The notes under the pieces are model-generated. The model was not told where the DNA came from and ran no database searches. It saw nothing but the letters and a program-made list of their open reading frames with translations. A program made the translations under genes and the position numbers. A stretch of DNA of 64,000 nucleotides from positions 326,733 to 390,732 of the forward strand of contig RQSC01000005.1 of assembly GCA_013416795.1 (NCBI GenBank). Reading direction: 5' to 3'. Positions 42,811 through 54,297 of this stretch are shown here, in pieces. Source of the DNA: Prasinococcaceae sp. CCMP 1430 (taxonomy: Eukaryota; Plantae; Prasinodermophyta). Each line of letters starts with the position of its first letter. The stretch's first letter is position 1.

Positions 42811-43796
42811 ATCCGCGCGCACGCGCGACGCCCCCGTCCGCGCACGCGCGCGGGGCGGAATTTTCCCGAGCCGCGGGGCCGATCGGCCTGCCGGCCGGGG
42901 GCGCGCGCGCACCAACGCGCGCCAACCCAAACCACCCACCCAAGGAATCAGCATGACCTCTCTCAGAATGACCTCCCATCACATACGAAACGAACCCGTA
43001 TTCGAACAAACCGTAAACGCGACTCCAGCCAGTCCAGCCATGCTCCGCCATGCATGCTCCGAAAGGCACAAGGAAGCTTCCGCAGACGCGTGGGGAAAAG
43101 GGTTACAAGGTGTGAGCGCTGATTTGAGGTTTGGCGCTTGGAGCGGGAGAGGAAAGGGTTCCACAAAATACGCGTACAGACCCTGATATTCAATGCATTC
43201 TGATGGTGATGTTGCAGAGTCGTGGCACCCCGCTGCGCCCGCACAAAAGCGGCCGGCAATGTCTGGTGGTGCGTGCGGGCAGGCGCTGTGCCAGGTCGCT
43301 GCCACAGCGCGGGGCGCAGCGCCCTGCTGCCCGCCCGGCCCAAGCGCCAGCACAGCGGACCTGCATCCGTGCCCGCCATGGCGGCGGCGACCGCGCGCGC
43401 GCCCCTGCTCACCCCTCCCTCACTCCCTCCCTCCCTCACTCACTCACTCACTCGAGCGCGCGCACCGCGCGCTCTCCGCCCAGGCCAGCCCACCCCCCAG
43501 CCCCCCACCACCACCCCGCCGCACCCCTCGCCGACCAACGTCAGGAGGGGCGCAGCGGAAACGCGGCAGGCGGCGTCGCGTGCGCGCTTCCTGCGCGCCT
43601 CCTGTGCGCTTCTTGCGCGCGCGCGTGTGCGTGCGTCCGCGTGCGCGCGTGCAGGTGTGTGTGGCAGCGGGGAAGAGGAAGGGAGGGGGGGGAGGAAGGG
43701 CGTCGCGCCCCCGCGCCCCCTCGCGCGCGGTGTGGCGCCGCGCCGCCCCGCGCAGCATGCCCGCCGCCGGGGCGCGCGGCTGTTGGGCGCGCGGCA

Positions 43797-44409
43797 ATGG
43801 CGCCGCTGCGGGGGCCTGCGAGCGCCCCGCACCGAATGCGGGCCAACACGGTGTGCAAGGGCGACACAGCGAAGAAGGCCAAGAGCAAGGCCAAGAGCAA
43901 GGCCAAAGGTAAGGACAAGAAGAGTGAGAAGAAGCTGGCCAAGACCGAGGCTAAGACTAAGACTAAGACCAAAGCCAAGGACAAGAAGAAGAAGAAGAAG
44001 CATAAGAACATCAACTCAGCAGAGGTGCGCTCGATGCGCCCGCAGGAGAGGTGCTGCGCGTGCGAAGGGAGGAGATGTTGAAGATGCGCGCTGTGTGAAC
44101 CTGACACACCCGGGACTTTGCGACTGGCAGGTTGGGGCGGTCGAGCTCGCCGCCGAGAAGGCAGCCGCGGCCGTGCTCGTGGAGTCGGTGCTCGAAGCAG
44201 AACGCGCTGCGAATGGTAGCTCTGCCCCAACAATGACATCCGCTGTCGGCGGCGGGCCCAGCTCCTCCCCGATACTCTCGGCCGCGACGACGAGCGGCGG
44301 CGCCGCGCAGGTTGCGGGCGCTCTGATAGTCTTCTCGCTCGGAGCGTGGGCGGCCGCCGCAGTTGCCATGGGAGACTTTGCGGCGTTTCACCTCGTCATG
44401 GGACTGTGA
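43797..44409 (+). CDS. Small Lys-rich protein with a C-terminal transmembrane anchor, two exons
   Basis: KKAKSKAKSKAKGKDKK... exon, intron 44025-44130 (phase 0), then ...VAGALIVFSLGAWAAAAVAMG; TGTAA at 44448. Confidence 0.6.
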
Positions 44410-44520
44410 TGTGATAGACATTAGTTATGAAGGTTTGTGTCGTGGGCTGTAATCCACCGCTGCCACGACGCACACCGCTGCACGAGCGAGCGAGGACGCG
44501 CTGGCGTGCACGCACGAGCC

Positions 44521-45834
44521 TCATGCATCCGCCGACAGGCAACCCGGGCAGTTGTGTAGCGTCTGCAGGTACTGGTCACACGCGACGCACAGGAGTGTGC
44601 CGCAGCACGGTCGCCGTAGCACGACCTCGCCCGCACTGCTGCTGGTTGTGGTTGCCGCGCTGCGGTCGCTGTTTCCGCCGAGCACAAAGGTGCTGCCGCA
44701 TGCGCCACACGCTGCGCCCGCCGCCACGGATCCAGCGTCCGCGAGCACTGAGCGCGGGAGAGGAAACAGGTGGTGGTACGAGCGAGCCATCTGCAAGCTC
44801 GACGCCAGCGTGAGGTCGCACGTCGCGCAGATGGCCGGGAGCTCGGCCGCGTGCGTGCGGCAGCGCGGGCACACATTCACACGGGCGCCGTCCCCGTCGC
44901 CCTGAGATCCAGTGCCCGCCGCGCTAGCGGCGGTGGCCGCCGCGTCCTGCGCTTGCTTCGGGAAGCCCATGCAGATGAGAGACGCCGGCACGAGGTCACG
45001 TAGCGCCGGTGGCGGCTTGGCGTGCTCGAGCACGAGCGCGCGGAAGTGAGCCGCGTCGATCGCGACGCCACAAGTGCCCTTGGTTCGCTCGGCCAGCGTG
45101 CGGCACACGTACATCTCGGCGGAGAGCGACACTACGCTTGCGCGCACCTTGGCGCGCACGCATTGCGTGATCTCGACATTGATGTCGCCTGGGTCACACG
45201 TCGACAGCGTCGACGTCAACAGCAACGTCTCTCGCAAGCCGTACGTTGGCACGGCGGCGAGGGCCGTGCGCGCCATGTGTAGCGCGTTCTGCACGCTCGC
45301 GTCGCCTGACGGCGAGGGTGCCGCGCGAATGGCGGCGAGGTGGGTGTCCGTGCTCGCGCTGAGCTCAGACAGGCGCACGCACACCCCGTCGTGCATCGCC
45401 AGCACCGCCATGTGCGACAGCGGGTTTGCGTCGAAGAACTCGCGCACGAGCGCAGCCGCGGCCACCGCCGTCGCGCCTGCTCGGCTCGGCCTCACATCGG
45501 TTGCCGCCGCCGCCTTCGAGCAGTCCAGCACGAGGACAACGTAACGAATGACGCCACGCCGTGCGCGCTTCGCAGCTCGCGCAAGCTCCTCAGGGGTGTG
45601 CTGCGCCGCGAGATACGCCGCGCCCGCACCCGCCGCGCCGCCCTTTCGCGCCGTGCCGCGCAGGTTGCCATGCTCGTCCTCAGAGAGCTCCTCCCACGAG
45701 CGCTCGTCCACGAGCGCGCGGCGGTTCGCGCCCGGCGCCGCAGGAACTCCGCCACCCGTGCCACCCACGGCAGCGCCGCCGCCCGCCCCATCAGCCTGCA
45801 CGGCGCGGAAGACGGCGTCGAGGCGCGCCGACAT
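44521..45834 (-). CDS. GTF2H2: TFIIH subunit p44/Ssl1
   Basis: ERSWEEL, RGVIRYVVLVLDCS, FFDANPLS, GDASVQNAL, LSTCDPGDI, LICMGFP, CPRC..ELPAICATCDLTL, LARSYHHLFPL-like zinc fingers. Confidence 0.93.
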   Translation of the reverse strand: MSARLDAVFRAVQADGAGGGAAVGGTGGGVPAAPGANRRALVDERSWEELSEDEHGNLRGTARKGGAAGAGAAYLAAQHTPEELARAAKRARRGVIRYVVLVLDCSKAAAATDVRPSRAGATAVAAAALVREFFDANPLSHMAVLAMHDGVCVRLSELSASTDTHLAAIRAAPSPSGDASVQNALHMARTALAAVPTYGLRETLLLTSTLSTCDPGDINVEITQCVRAKVRASVVSLSAEMYVCRTLAERTKGTCGVAIDAAHFRALVLEHAKPPPALRDLVPASLICMGFPKQAQDAAATAASAAGTGSQGDGDGARVNVCPRCRTHAAELPAICATCDLTLASSLQMARSYHHLFPLPRSVLADAGSVAAGAACGACGSTFVLGGNSDRSAATTTSSSAGEVVLRRPCCGTLLCVACDQYLQTLHNCPGCLSADA

Positions 45835-45958
45835 CTGCCAGGGGCGCGCGCGCCCCGCGGCGGNGGGGGGCGGCGGCGCGCCACACGCGGCGCGGCGCGG
45901 CGGCATTGGCGGCGGCGGCGCGGGTGGGCGCGGGGGGCGTTCCCCTGGGCGGGGCGCG

Positions 45959-46846
45959 ATGGCACTCAGGCTGTACACGTACCCCAACGGCGCGAACGCG
46001 ATGAAGGCTCTGATCGCGGCGGAATTCTCGGGCGCCGCGATTGAGCTGCCCCCGTTCGAGATGGTGCGGCCGATCAGCGATGGGCGCGCTTGCGCCTGGC
46101 GCCCGTACGGCCGCCGCCACGCGCGCGTGCTGACCGCGCTGATGAACGCCGCGGCGCGCGCTGCTGGGCAGGGGGTGACGAACAAGACTCCCGACTTCCT
46201 GAAACTCAACCCGCGCGGGAAGGTGCCGACGCTCGAACTGCCGTGCGGCCGCGGCGTGTTTGAGTCCAATGCCATTGCGCGCTACGTCGCGCGGGTCAAC
46301 GGCGGCGGCGGCGCGGCGCTCTTTGGCGCCAATGCGAGGGAGTACGCGGCGACCGAGCAGTGGCTAGACTTTGCGCAGAATGAGGTGGGCAGCAATGTCG
46401 GCGCGTGGCTGTGGCCGCTTTATGGGTTCCGCGCGTACGATGCCCAGGCGGAGGCGAAGGTGAGGGCCATGACACGTTGGGCAGCGAAGACCGCGCCGGT
46501 GCCAGCGCATTCATACAGTATGTGGGCGTGACTGACGCCCACGCGCTCGTACTCTACAAAACGCTTCGTCTGCCTCCCCCAGGCGAAGGCCACCCTGAAG
46601 AAGGCGCTGCAGGTGGTGGAAAAGGTGCTCTCCAAGCAGGACTTCCTTGTGGGCGGTGCGCTGACGCTGGCGGACATCGTGATGTGCTGCACGCTGCTCA
46701 ACGCCTTCCAGTCGCTTTTCGACGAGACCTTCCGCAAGGACATTCCGTCGATCACCAAGTACTTCGAACGCTGCGCGAAGCTGCCGCAGTTCAGGAAGCA
46801 CATGGGCGAGGTGGTGCTGTGCAAGAAGACGATGCCGAAGCAATGA
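45959..46846 (+). CDS. Stand-alone eEF1B-gamma-type GST-like protein (no EF1G C-terminal domain), three exons
   Basis: KALIAAEF, NKTPDFLKLNPRGKVPTLE, VFESNAIARYVAR, QWLDF, FLVGGALTLADI; introns 46064-46171 and 46460-46582. Confidence 0.85.
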
Positions 46847-46961
46847 GGTCGCGAGCCAGTGGCAGTGCTCGCGGCGATGCGCAGGCGCCTGGCGCATGCG
46901 CGCTCGGATTCTAGTTCTGGCATGTTACAGTACTACTTTATGGTACAGTACGAACTGGAGC

Positions 46962-49318
46962 TCAGTCAAACTTGCGCGATCGCACGCCGGCCATGAGGCC
47001 GCTCCTGCTGATGAGTTTCTTCAGACCGCGCGAGCTGAGCAGAGAGTACAGCGCCGCCCCGGCGAGCGCGATTGCTAGCAACATCCCGTATGGCGGGTGC
47101 GCCTCAGTGTAGCACACGAGCTCCGTCTGCAATCCCGCAGCAGCGTCGCCAAGCATCTCGTGCACGGCGCGAAGATCGTGGCGCGAGGAGCGCACGTAGT
47201 ATGCGCTCGAGTTGAACGAGTGCAGGCTAGCGAGCGTGGCCGCCTTGCGCAGCTTGTGCGTGAGCAAATTCCAGCGGCGCACGAGCGCGTCATGGTCGGC
47301 TGGCGAGAGCGTCGCATGCTCGTCGCCTAACGCGGCGAAGCGGCTCAGCTCTGAGTGTGCAACGCGGGCATGTGCGTCGATGGCTGAGTGTAGCACGTGG
47401 CGAATCGCAGGGTCGGCCACGGAGAATGGCAGCATGGTTCCCGATGCCAGCGGGCCCAGCGGCGAGTGCCCCTGCAAAGCAAATGCGCACAGCATGCCAA
47501 GCGAGCACACGAAAGCAGAGCGTTAGCGACCGCCGGCCAAGCCAACACGTACCCGCAGGGGGGCGCAGAGTTCGCAAGTGCGCACGTACCACAGTCCAAA
47601 GCGCATCATAGCGCAGCTCGCCCCCGCGCGTCTCACTGTCACTCCCGCTCCACCCCGCTCCCGCGCGTGGCACTCCGTAGAGCGCCTCCAGCAGTGCTCC
47701 AAGAATGTCGCGTGGCAGGTCATTCGGGTCGATCACAGCGGCGACTCCACCGCACTCGCTCTGCGAAACGGCTGGATCCGACCTCGAGCGCGACGCAACC
47801 ACCTGATCGGCCGCAGCCGATGCCGCGATACCGCCGTCAAGCAGCAGCGAGTCCGTCATGTGCGCCATATCGAAGACGTACACTGGTACGACCCTGCGCT
47901 GCTTGATGCCGCCACCGCCGTGCTCGTCGAGTCCTGCAGGCGCGCGCTCAGCGTCCGCAACCGAAGGCCCGAAGGTTGCAACAACCTTGCGTTCGCCTAT
48001 AGCAGCGGCCAGTACACTGTGGCGCATCGCGCGCATGTCCCAGTGCAGCTGCTTCGAGTCGAGAGTGACAGGGCCATGCGCGGCGGCCGCCGTTGCAGCC
48101 GCCCCCGGCGCGGGCGCTGCGGATGTAAGCGCCGCTGCGTACGCCGCGGAGCATGCGTCGCATCTCTGCAGGTCAGTAACCACGGCTGTGAGGGCGAGCG
48201 TCTGTCCATTGAGCAGCAGCGGCTCGAGCTCCTCCACGGCTGACGCAACGGCCCGCTTGAGCTCGGCGTGACGCTTGGGATCGGCGTGGTCCATGACGTG
48301 CACCAGATTCACCTCCGTCTCCACCACAAGCGCCTGCCGCCGCACCATCGGAGGGGCCACCAGCGCCCGCACGGTGCGCAGTACAAGCGCTGCAACATCC
48401 ACAGGCAGGCGCTCCGCGTGCCGCGGCGCCCCAGCGCCAACGGCCGCGCGTGGCAGGCGCGCTGCGCGCGGCAGCGTGTCTGGAAGCACCACGCCCTCCC
48501 CGACGCCTGCCGGGCCGTAGTGCACAGGACCGGCAGTGAGGTCGATCCACGCGTAGCGCTCCCGAGATGCGTACAGCGTTCCGTCGCAGCCACCGTCGCC
48601 GGTTTGGCCGTATCTGTACGTGTAGTTGCGCGGCATCGCCTTGGGGTTGAGCACGTACACGGCGTATGCGAGACTGCTCTCGTGGTGGTCCGCCGCGATG
48701 ATGTCGTCCACGGCGGAGTGCGGCAGCTGCAGGGTCGCGCCGGGGGGCACGCGCCCTCCGGATGCCTCCGCTGCCGCCGCCGCCCCCTCGTATGCATCAC
48801 CCAGGGAGCGCTCTATCATATCGGCAAAGCGATCGCTCGCCTTACGAACGTTGAAGTAGAACGCCGTCTCGATCGGCAGCGCATGCGGCGCTGCGCGCGC
48901 GGCGAGGCGAGTGTCGTCAGGCGCATCGCCCAAGAGCACGTGCGCGCTGTCCGCGAGGTTGGCAGCCTCTAGGTACGTGGACACGTCTGCCGCCTCGAGC
49001 TGCGCGCTCCCGCCATGATGCCCACCGAAGCCGACGAGGATGACCTCGACGGTCGACGACGTGCGGAGCGAGGACATGTCTCTGAGGAGCGAGCTGAGCG
49101 CAGCGTCTGCGTGCGTGGGCGCGCGCCACGTGGCCTGCTCGGCGGGGCTGAGCCGCTCGAACGTATCCACCGCTCCAAGCGGATCCACCTCCGCGCCGTG
49201 CAGCCGCGCCTCGTCGCGCCGCGGCACCCCATAGGCGCCGTCGGCGCGCGCGCGCGGTCACGCAGCAGCCCAGCGCCGCCGCACGCGGCGCCGCTCGGCC
49301 GCGCGCGCGGCGCCGCAT
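46962..49318 (-). CDS. Conserved plant-type secreted/TM-anchored protein of unknown function; apparent frameshift near the 5' end
   Basis: RYAWIDLTAGPVHYGP, VVPVYVFDM, C-terminal TM helix; intron 47472-47589; the signal-peptide-like start at 49318 is out of frame by one CG unit. Confidence 0.7.
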
Positions 49319-49639
49319 TGCGGGCGGTTAGATCCCACCGGCAACCCCGAGGAAGGGGGTCGGTCGGTCGAGGGGTGGGGTGGCGGTGGTGGGGAGGAGG
49401 GCACGGCGTGCGGTGTGGACCGAGACGCTGGAGCGGTCCGTTGTGGGGCCGGCGGCCTAAATTGCTGGCGCGAAGCGCGACAGCGCCGCGCCCAATGCCG
49501 GGCGTTTCGATGGCGTCCGGCACGCCCGCGAGGGGGGCGCCCGCTGCGACGCAGCACTGGCGCGCGGGCGACCCCTGAGCTCTACGCTAATTTACAACAT
49601 GGTCGCCGCACTCGCAGCGCGCCCTGCGCGCGGGCGGCG

Positions 49640-49963
49640 CTAGGCGGCCAGCGAGCGCGAGCGCTTCTTCTGGGCGGCGTCGTCGGCTGCCTTGGCGACG
49701 CTCGCGTCGCGCTTCGCCGCTCTGTCGCCGGCGGCCTTGGCGGGCACCGAGCTGCGCGCAGCCGCGCCAGTGGCGCCCATGTCCACCCGCTGGCGCTTCG
49801 CTGCATGGCTTGCACCGTCTTGCGCGCCTTCAAGCGCGGGCGCGGAGGCGTGGGCACGCGCAACCGTCACCTGACCGCGCGTGACCTGCCGCTGGATCTG
49901 CGCCGTCGCTATGTGCTGTTTCCCGCAATCCCCTGGCTGCGGAGGTTTGTGCTTCGGTAGTAT

Positions 49964-49994
<31 letters not shown>

Positions 49995-50000
49995 GGCTGT

Positions 50001-50036
<36 letters not shown>

Positions 50037-52090
50037 GTCGGCGTCGGTTTCGAAGCGTCGAAAGGCTGGTGGGGTGGCAACTTGGGCGGCTGGTGCGGCT
50101 GCTGTTGCTCTGACGGTTGCTTGATGGCCGGCGCGCTCTTTTGCACGCCCGCGTTCGAGGGGCTGGCCTCGTCGCGCAGAAAGGGGTGCGCCAGCGCCTG
50201 CTGAGCGGTCAGGCGCTGCGATGGGTCGTACCGCAGCAGGCCCCTCAGGAGGTCCACGCAGCTGTCCTGCAGATCGTTCGAGGCCGACACGGGCGCCGAG
50301 CCCAACACCGATGAGACCATGTCCGCTAGCCCTCGCATGCGGCGGACCGCGCGCTCCCCCTCGAGGCTTGACCGGCCGTCACGCGCGGGCCAATCGAGCT
50401 TGAACACGCGCCCACCACCGCTGACGGGCGTGCCGCCTGCGGCAAAGTCGCGGAAGTACTCAGTCCCGATGGCTCTGTCGCACCGCGCAGCCATAGATTG
50501 GTCCATTCGCCCGAGCACCTGCTGCATCATCGCCAGATGCTCCAGGTTGTCGTGGGTCTGGAAGAGCGCGTCTCCCGTCAGCAGCTCGACCAAGATGCAC
50601 CCGATGGACCATGCATCGCACGGGTAGCTCCAGCCGAGGCCGAGTATCACCTCCGGCGCGCGGTAGTGGCGCGTCGATACCACGCGGCTGTGGTGTTGGC
50701 GCTCAAACGTAGCTGATCCGAAGTCGATCAATTTGATCGTGTTGGACTTGGGGATTCTATACGAAGACTTGCTGCCGTACGGGCAAGCCACCTTGGAGTA
50801 CGATGGGTTGGTGAGGAGCACGTTCTCCGGCTTGAGGTCCGTGTGCGTCAGCTCTAGGCTGTGCATGAACGCGACCGCCTCGAGCAGCTGGCGACCGAAG
50901 GCCCGCACAGTCTGCAGCGGGAACGGGCGGTAGCGGTTTTTGTGCAAGAAGTCAAAGAGCGAGAGCCCCAGGCACTCAAACACCATGCAGACGTGCCCAC
51001 GGTACTCGAACCAGCGCAGGAGCTGCACACAGCGCATCGCGCCCTTGGGGTCCTTGCGGGCGAGCGCGCCCAGCGCCTCGATCTCCATCATGGCCGCGTC
51101 ACGGTACTTGGGTACATTGCGAATGATCTTGATGGCCACACGCCGCTTGGTCTCGCGGTCGGCGCACTCGAGCACGCGCCCGAAGGTACCTTCACCCAGC
51201 TTGCTCAATATCTTGTATCGCGGCGTAAGGCTCTCGCCGAGCTCAAACACGTAGTGCCCGTCCTCATCGTCAGGCCGCCACGGCGGGCTTGGCCTGTCGT
51301 ACCACCGCGGGCGCTCAGGACCCCCCTCGTGCCCCGCAGCGTCGCGCAGGGGCGCACCTCCGTCGCGACCCCCGCCGTCTCGTCCCCTCCTGTCGTCGTA
51401 CCTCGGCTGCTCGTGGCGTCGTTCTCGCTCTCGCTCTCGCTCTCGTTCTCGCTCTCGATCCCGCTCTCTCTCCCGGTCCCGCTCGCGCTCGCGCTCCCGC
51501 TGCTCGCGCGAGCGGTCGCGCGCCCTTTCTCGCCTGCTGCGGTCCGACAAGCGGCGCTGGCTGTCTCTCGGCAGGCTGTCGCGTCTGCTACTCCTTCCGC
51601 CCTCGCCGCGACTCCGCCGGCCTGCGCTGCGGCTGCTATAGCGGTAGTCGCTGAACTCTCTCTGCCGCAGGGAACGCGAGTCGCGGCCGCTCGGCCCCGC
51701 CCGCTCCATGGTGCGGCTGTTGTAGCGCGCGTGGCTGTCGCGCTCGTGGCCGCGGGAGCCGCCCGCACCGCCCGCGCCCCGGCTGTTGCTCAGCGGGCGC
51801 GGTCCCGCCCCTGAGGGCGACGCAAGCCCGCGCCCCGCGCCCCCCAAGCTCCCGCCACGGGCCCCGCCTGTGCCGTCCCGTGGCGCGAGGCTCTGCGAGA
51901 GCGTGCGGATGGCACTGCGGCTGTGGCTCGCATACCGCAGCGGCTGCACCGAGCTCGACGGCCGCGCGCTGTGGGGCGGTGGGTGGCGGTAGTCCCCCAC
52001 CGGCGCGCGCGCCTGCTGCGCGGCGGCGCGCTCCGCCTCCTGAGCCTGCTGCTCCCCGCCCTCCCGCGCCGCGCTGCGCGTGCGGCTCAT
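49640..52090 (-). CDS. AFC: LAMMER/CLK/AFC dual-specificity kinase with RS/RE-rich N-terminus and poly-Q tail
   Basis: DDEDGHY, GEGTFG, HTDLKPEN, IDFGS, VSTRHYRAPE, FQTHDNLEHLAMM; TGTAA (minus) at 49592. Confidence 0.95.
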
Positions 52091-52494
52091 CCTCGCCCCG
52101 CGCGCTGCGCGCGCGTGCGCTTTTTCCGCCCCTCTTCCGGCCGTGCGCCGCACGCGTCGCGCACGGCGCCCTGCTACCACGGGCCGAGGGCCCGGCCGCG
52201 CGCCCCTCCCCATGCGCCTCGACCTCGGCATCCGCCGGTCAGTCAGATCTAGATAGCTAGAGTCAGTTCCCGTGCCCCGCGCCAAAAAACGCCATCCGGA
52301 ATCCGAATGATGATCCTTATCTTTCGAAGATTCTGGTGGTCATCAGCGGGAGCATCATTCTGCGCGGGGAAACTTTTGCTCAATTAGGGTTACGTTGGGT
52401 GCAGGGTTACGTTTGGCACTCGGGCGGCGGGCGTGGGCGCGGCGGGGCGGGGGCCGCGGCACGGTGCGCGCGCGGGGCGCGGGGCCGGCGCGCC

Positions 52495-52818
52495 ATGGAG
52501 CTCAGGCTGGTGAAGACGCTGTGGGGGGTGGACGACGCGGCGCACCCAGAGCGCTGGCCGGCGCTCTTCGCGCGCATCAAGGCCGAGGGCTTCGCGGCGA
52601 TCGAGTGCCCCTTCATCACGTGGATGCAGGACGAGGCGGCGTTCACGGCCGCGCGCAAGGCCGCGGGCCTCGACCTCGTCGTGCAGGTGCACACCACGGC
52701 AAAAGTCGACGCGACCGGATTTCACTACATGACGTCTCGCGCGCTCGATGACCACACGGCATCGCTCGACGCGATGGTCGACGGTACGTCGTGCGCACCT
52801 CACTTCGCTGAGTTCTCT

Positions 52819-52849
<31 letters not shown>

Positions 52850-53722
52850 CCCCCTCCCGCCACGCCGCGCGGCTGACGATCCTCGTTCCGCGCTCAGACG
52901 CGGTGCGCATGGGTGCATGCCATGTCAACGCGCACTCGGGCTGCGATTGCTGGGACGTGCCCACTGTTCATGCATACCTCAGGCACGCGCTCGCGACTGA
53001 GGCGCGCGCGGGCATCACCATCAGCCACGAGACGCATCGCAGGCGCCTCTTCTACTCACCGTTCGCCTTCAGGGATTGCTTTATGGGCGCCACGGATACG
53101 GCGGGGCTCGAGGGGGTGAAGGTTAGGCCCGCGCGCGTGCGCGGCTGCTAGCGTTTCCGTGCCACAGCGCCCCGAGCGCGCAGCGCTCGCAGGCGCGCTG
53201 CTGAAGGCCGCGCCATGCGCACGGCAGGCGTTGCGTCTGACCCCCGTGCGCCGGCGCACGCGCTCTCCGTGCACGCGCCGCAATGCTCGCTCGCACGTGC
53301 AGGTGACGGCGGACCTGAGCCACTGGGCGTGCGTGTGCGAGCGCGTGTTTGGAAACGCAGCGTGCACCGACGCAAATGGGTCGGACGACGAGTGGTGGCT
53401 GCCCACGCTCGCGGAGGTTGGTCGGCGCTGTGCGCTCGTGCACGCGCGCGTGGGCTTCGCTGAGGGTCCCCAGGTGCCCGATCCGTCGGCGCCGGAGTAC
53501 GCGGGCGAGGTTGAGGCTCACATGAGCTGGTGGGCGGCCATCTGGAACGCACGCGCCGCCGCGGGCGACGCAGTCGTGCTCGCCGAGCCCGAGCACGGTC
53601 CGGCCCCGTACATGTGGAGCCTTCCACACACGCGTGCCCCGGTCGCCGACCTGTGGGAGGTCAACAGCTGGGTCGCCCGGCAGCTCAAGGAGCGCTTCGC
53701 AATGGAGGAGCTCTACGAGTAA
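52495..53722 (+). CDS. Sugar-phosphate isomerase/epimerase TIM-barrel (AP endonuclease 2 family), bacterial-type, three exons
   Basis: KTLWG, VNAHSG, SHETHRRRLFYSP, TADLSHWACVCER, HARVGFAEGPQVPDP, EPEHGPAPY; introns 52784-52897 and 53122-53302. Confidence 0.85.
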
Positions 53723-54105
53723 GCGCGCGGGGACACGCTGGCGCTCCTCTCGAACCAGGCGCGCGCCACGCCGCCGGCGGTGGGCCGCGAGCAGTCCGAA
53801 AGTGCTCCGACGCACTGCACCACCAGCACTCGACTGCGCTGCGGCCGCGACCGAAATAAGACAGACCCTAATACGATGTTCCTTACCATAACTCGCGCCT
53901 CTCGAAGTTGCGGTTGTCTTTTTTTTTTGCACACGCCCATTTTCCGCTGCGTTTCTTGCCAGAAATGCACCGAAAAGGCTCGTGCTCCGCACCGGGGCTT
54001 CCTTTCGCATTGCCCCTCCGTGGCCTTCGTAGTCACTTTCATCTCTCGAACCCGCGGCTTCCGCGCATTTCGCGCGCCAGATCGGCGCCCTCACGCACAA
54101 AAAAG

Positions 54106-54175
54106 CGCCATCGAAACGCAGGCGCCCCGCGCGGCGGCTGGCCCGCGGGGCACACGGAAGCGCCATCAAAACGCA
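54106..54175 (+). promoter_or_regulatory. Two CGCCATC(G/A)AAACGCA motifs upstream of RPL41
   Basis: Copies at 54106-54120 and 54161-54175, 120-190 bp before the ATG. Confidence 0.65.
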
Positions 54176-54297
54176 TGCGGCCGCCGTGCGCCAGGCCGGG
54201 CGGGGTTCCGCTCCGCCGCCTCGCTCCCCCGCTAGGGCGGCGCGCGCTGGTGTGGTGCCACAGTGTGTCCAGCCGGCACACCCCCTAGAGAGTCACC

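Noticed and set aside
39465-42956. 1163-aa ORF antisense to Hsp70 (and the 798-aa ORF antisense to PGK)
   Set aside because: Well-known antisense open frames of highly biased genes; both also cross N gaps.
50520-50552. LAMMER motif variant EHLAMMQQVLG
   Set aside because: Small substitution; all catalytic motifs are intact.
52300-52365. ATGATGA C-box-like sequence between the LAMMER kinase and TIM-barrel genes
   Set aside because: No matching CTGA D box or terminal stem.
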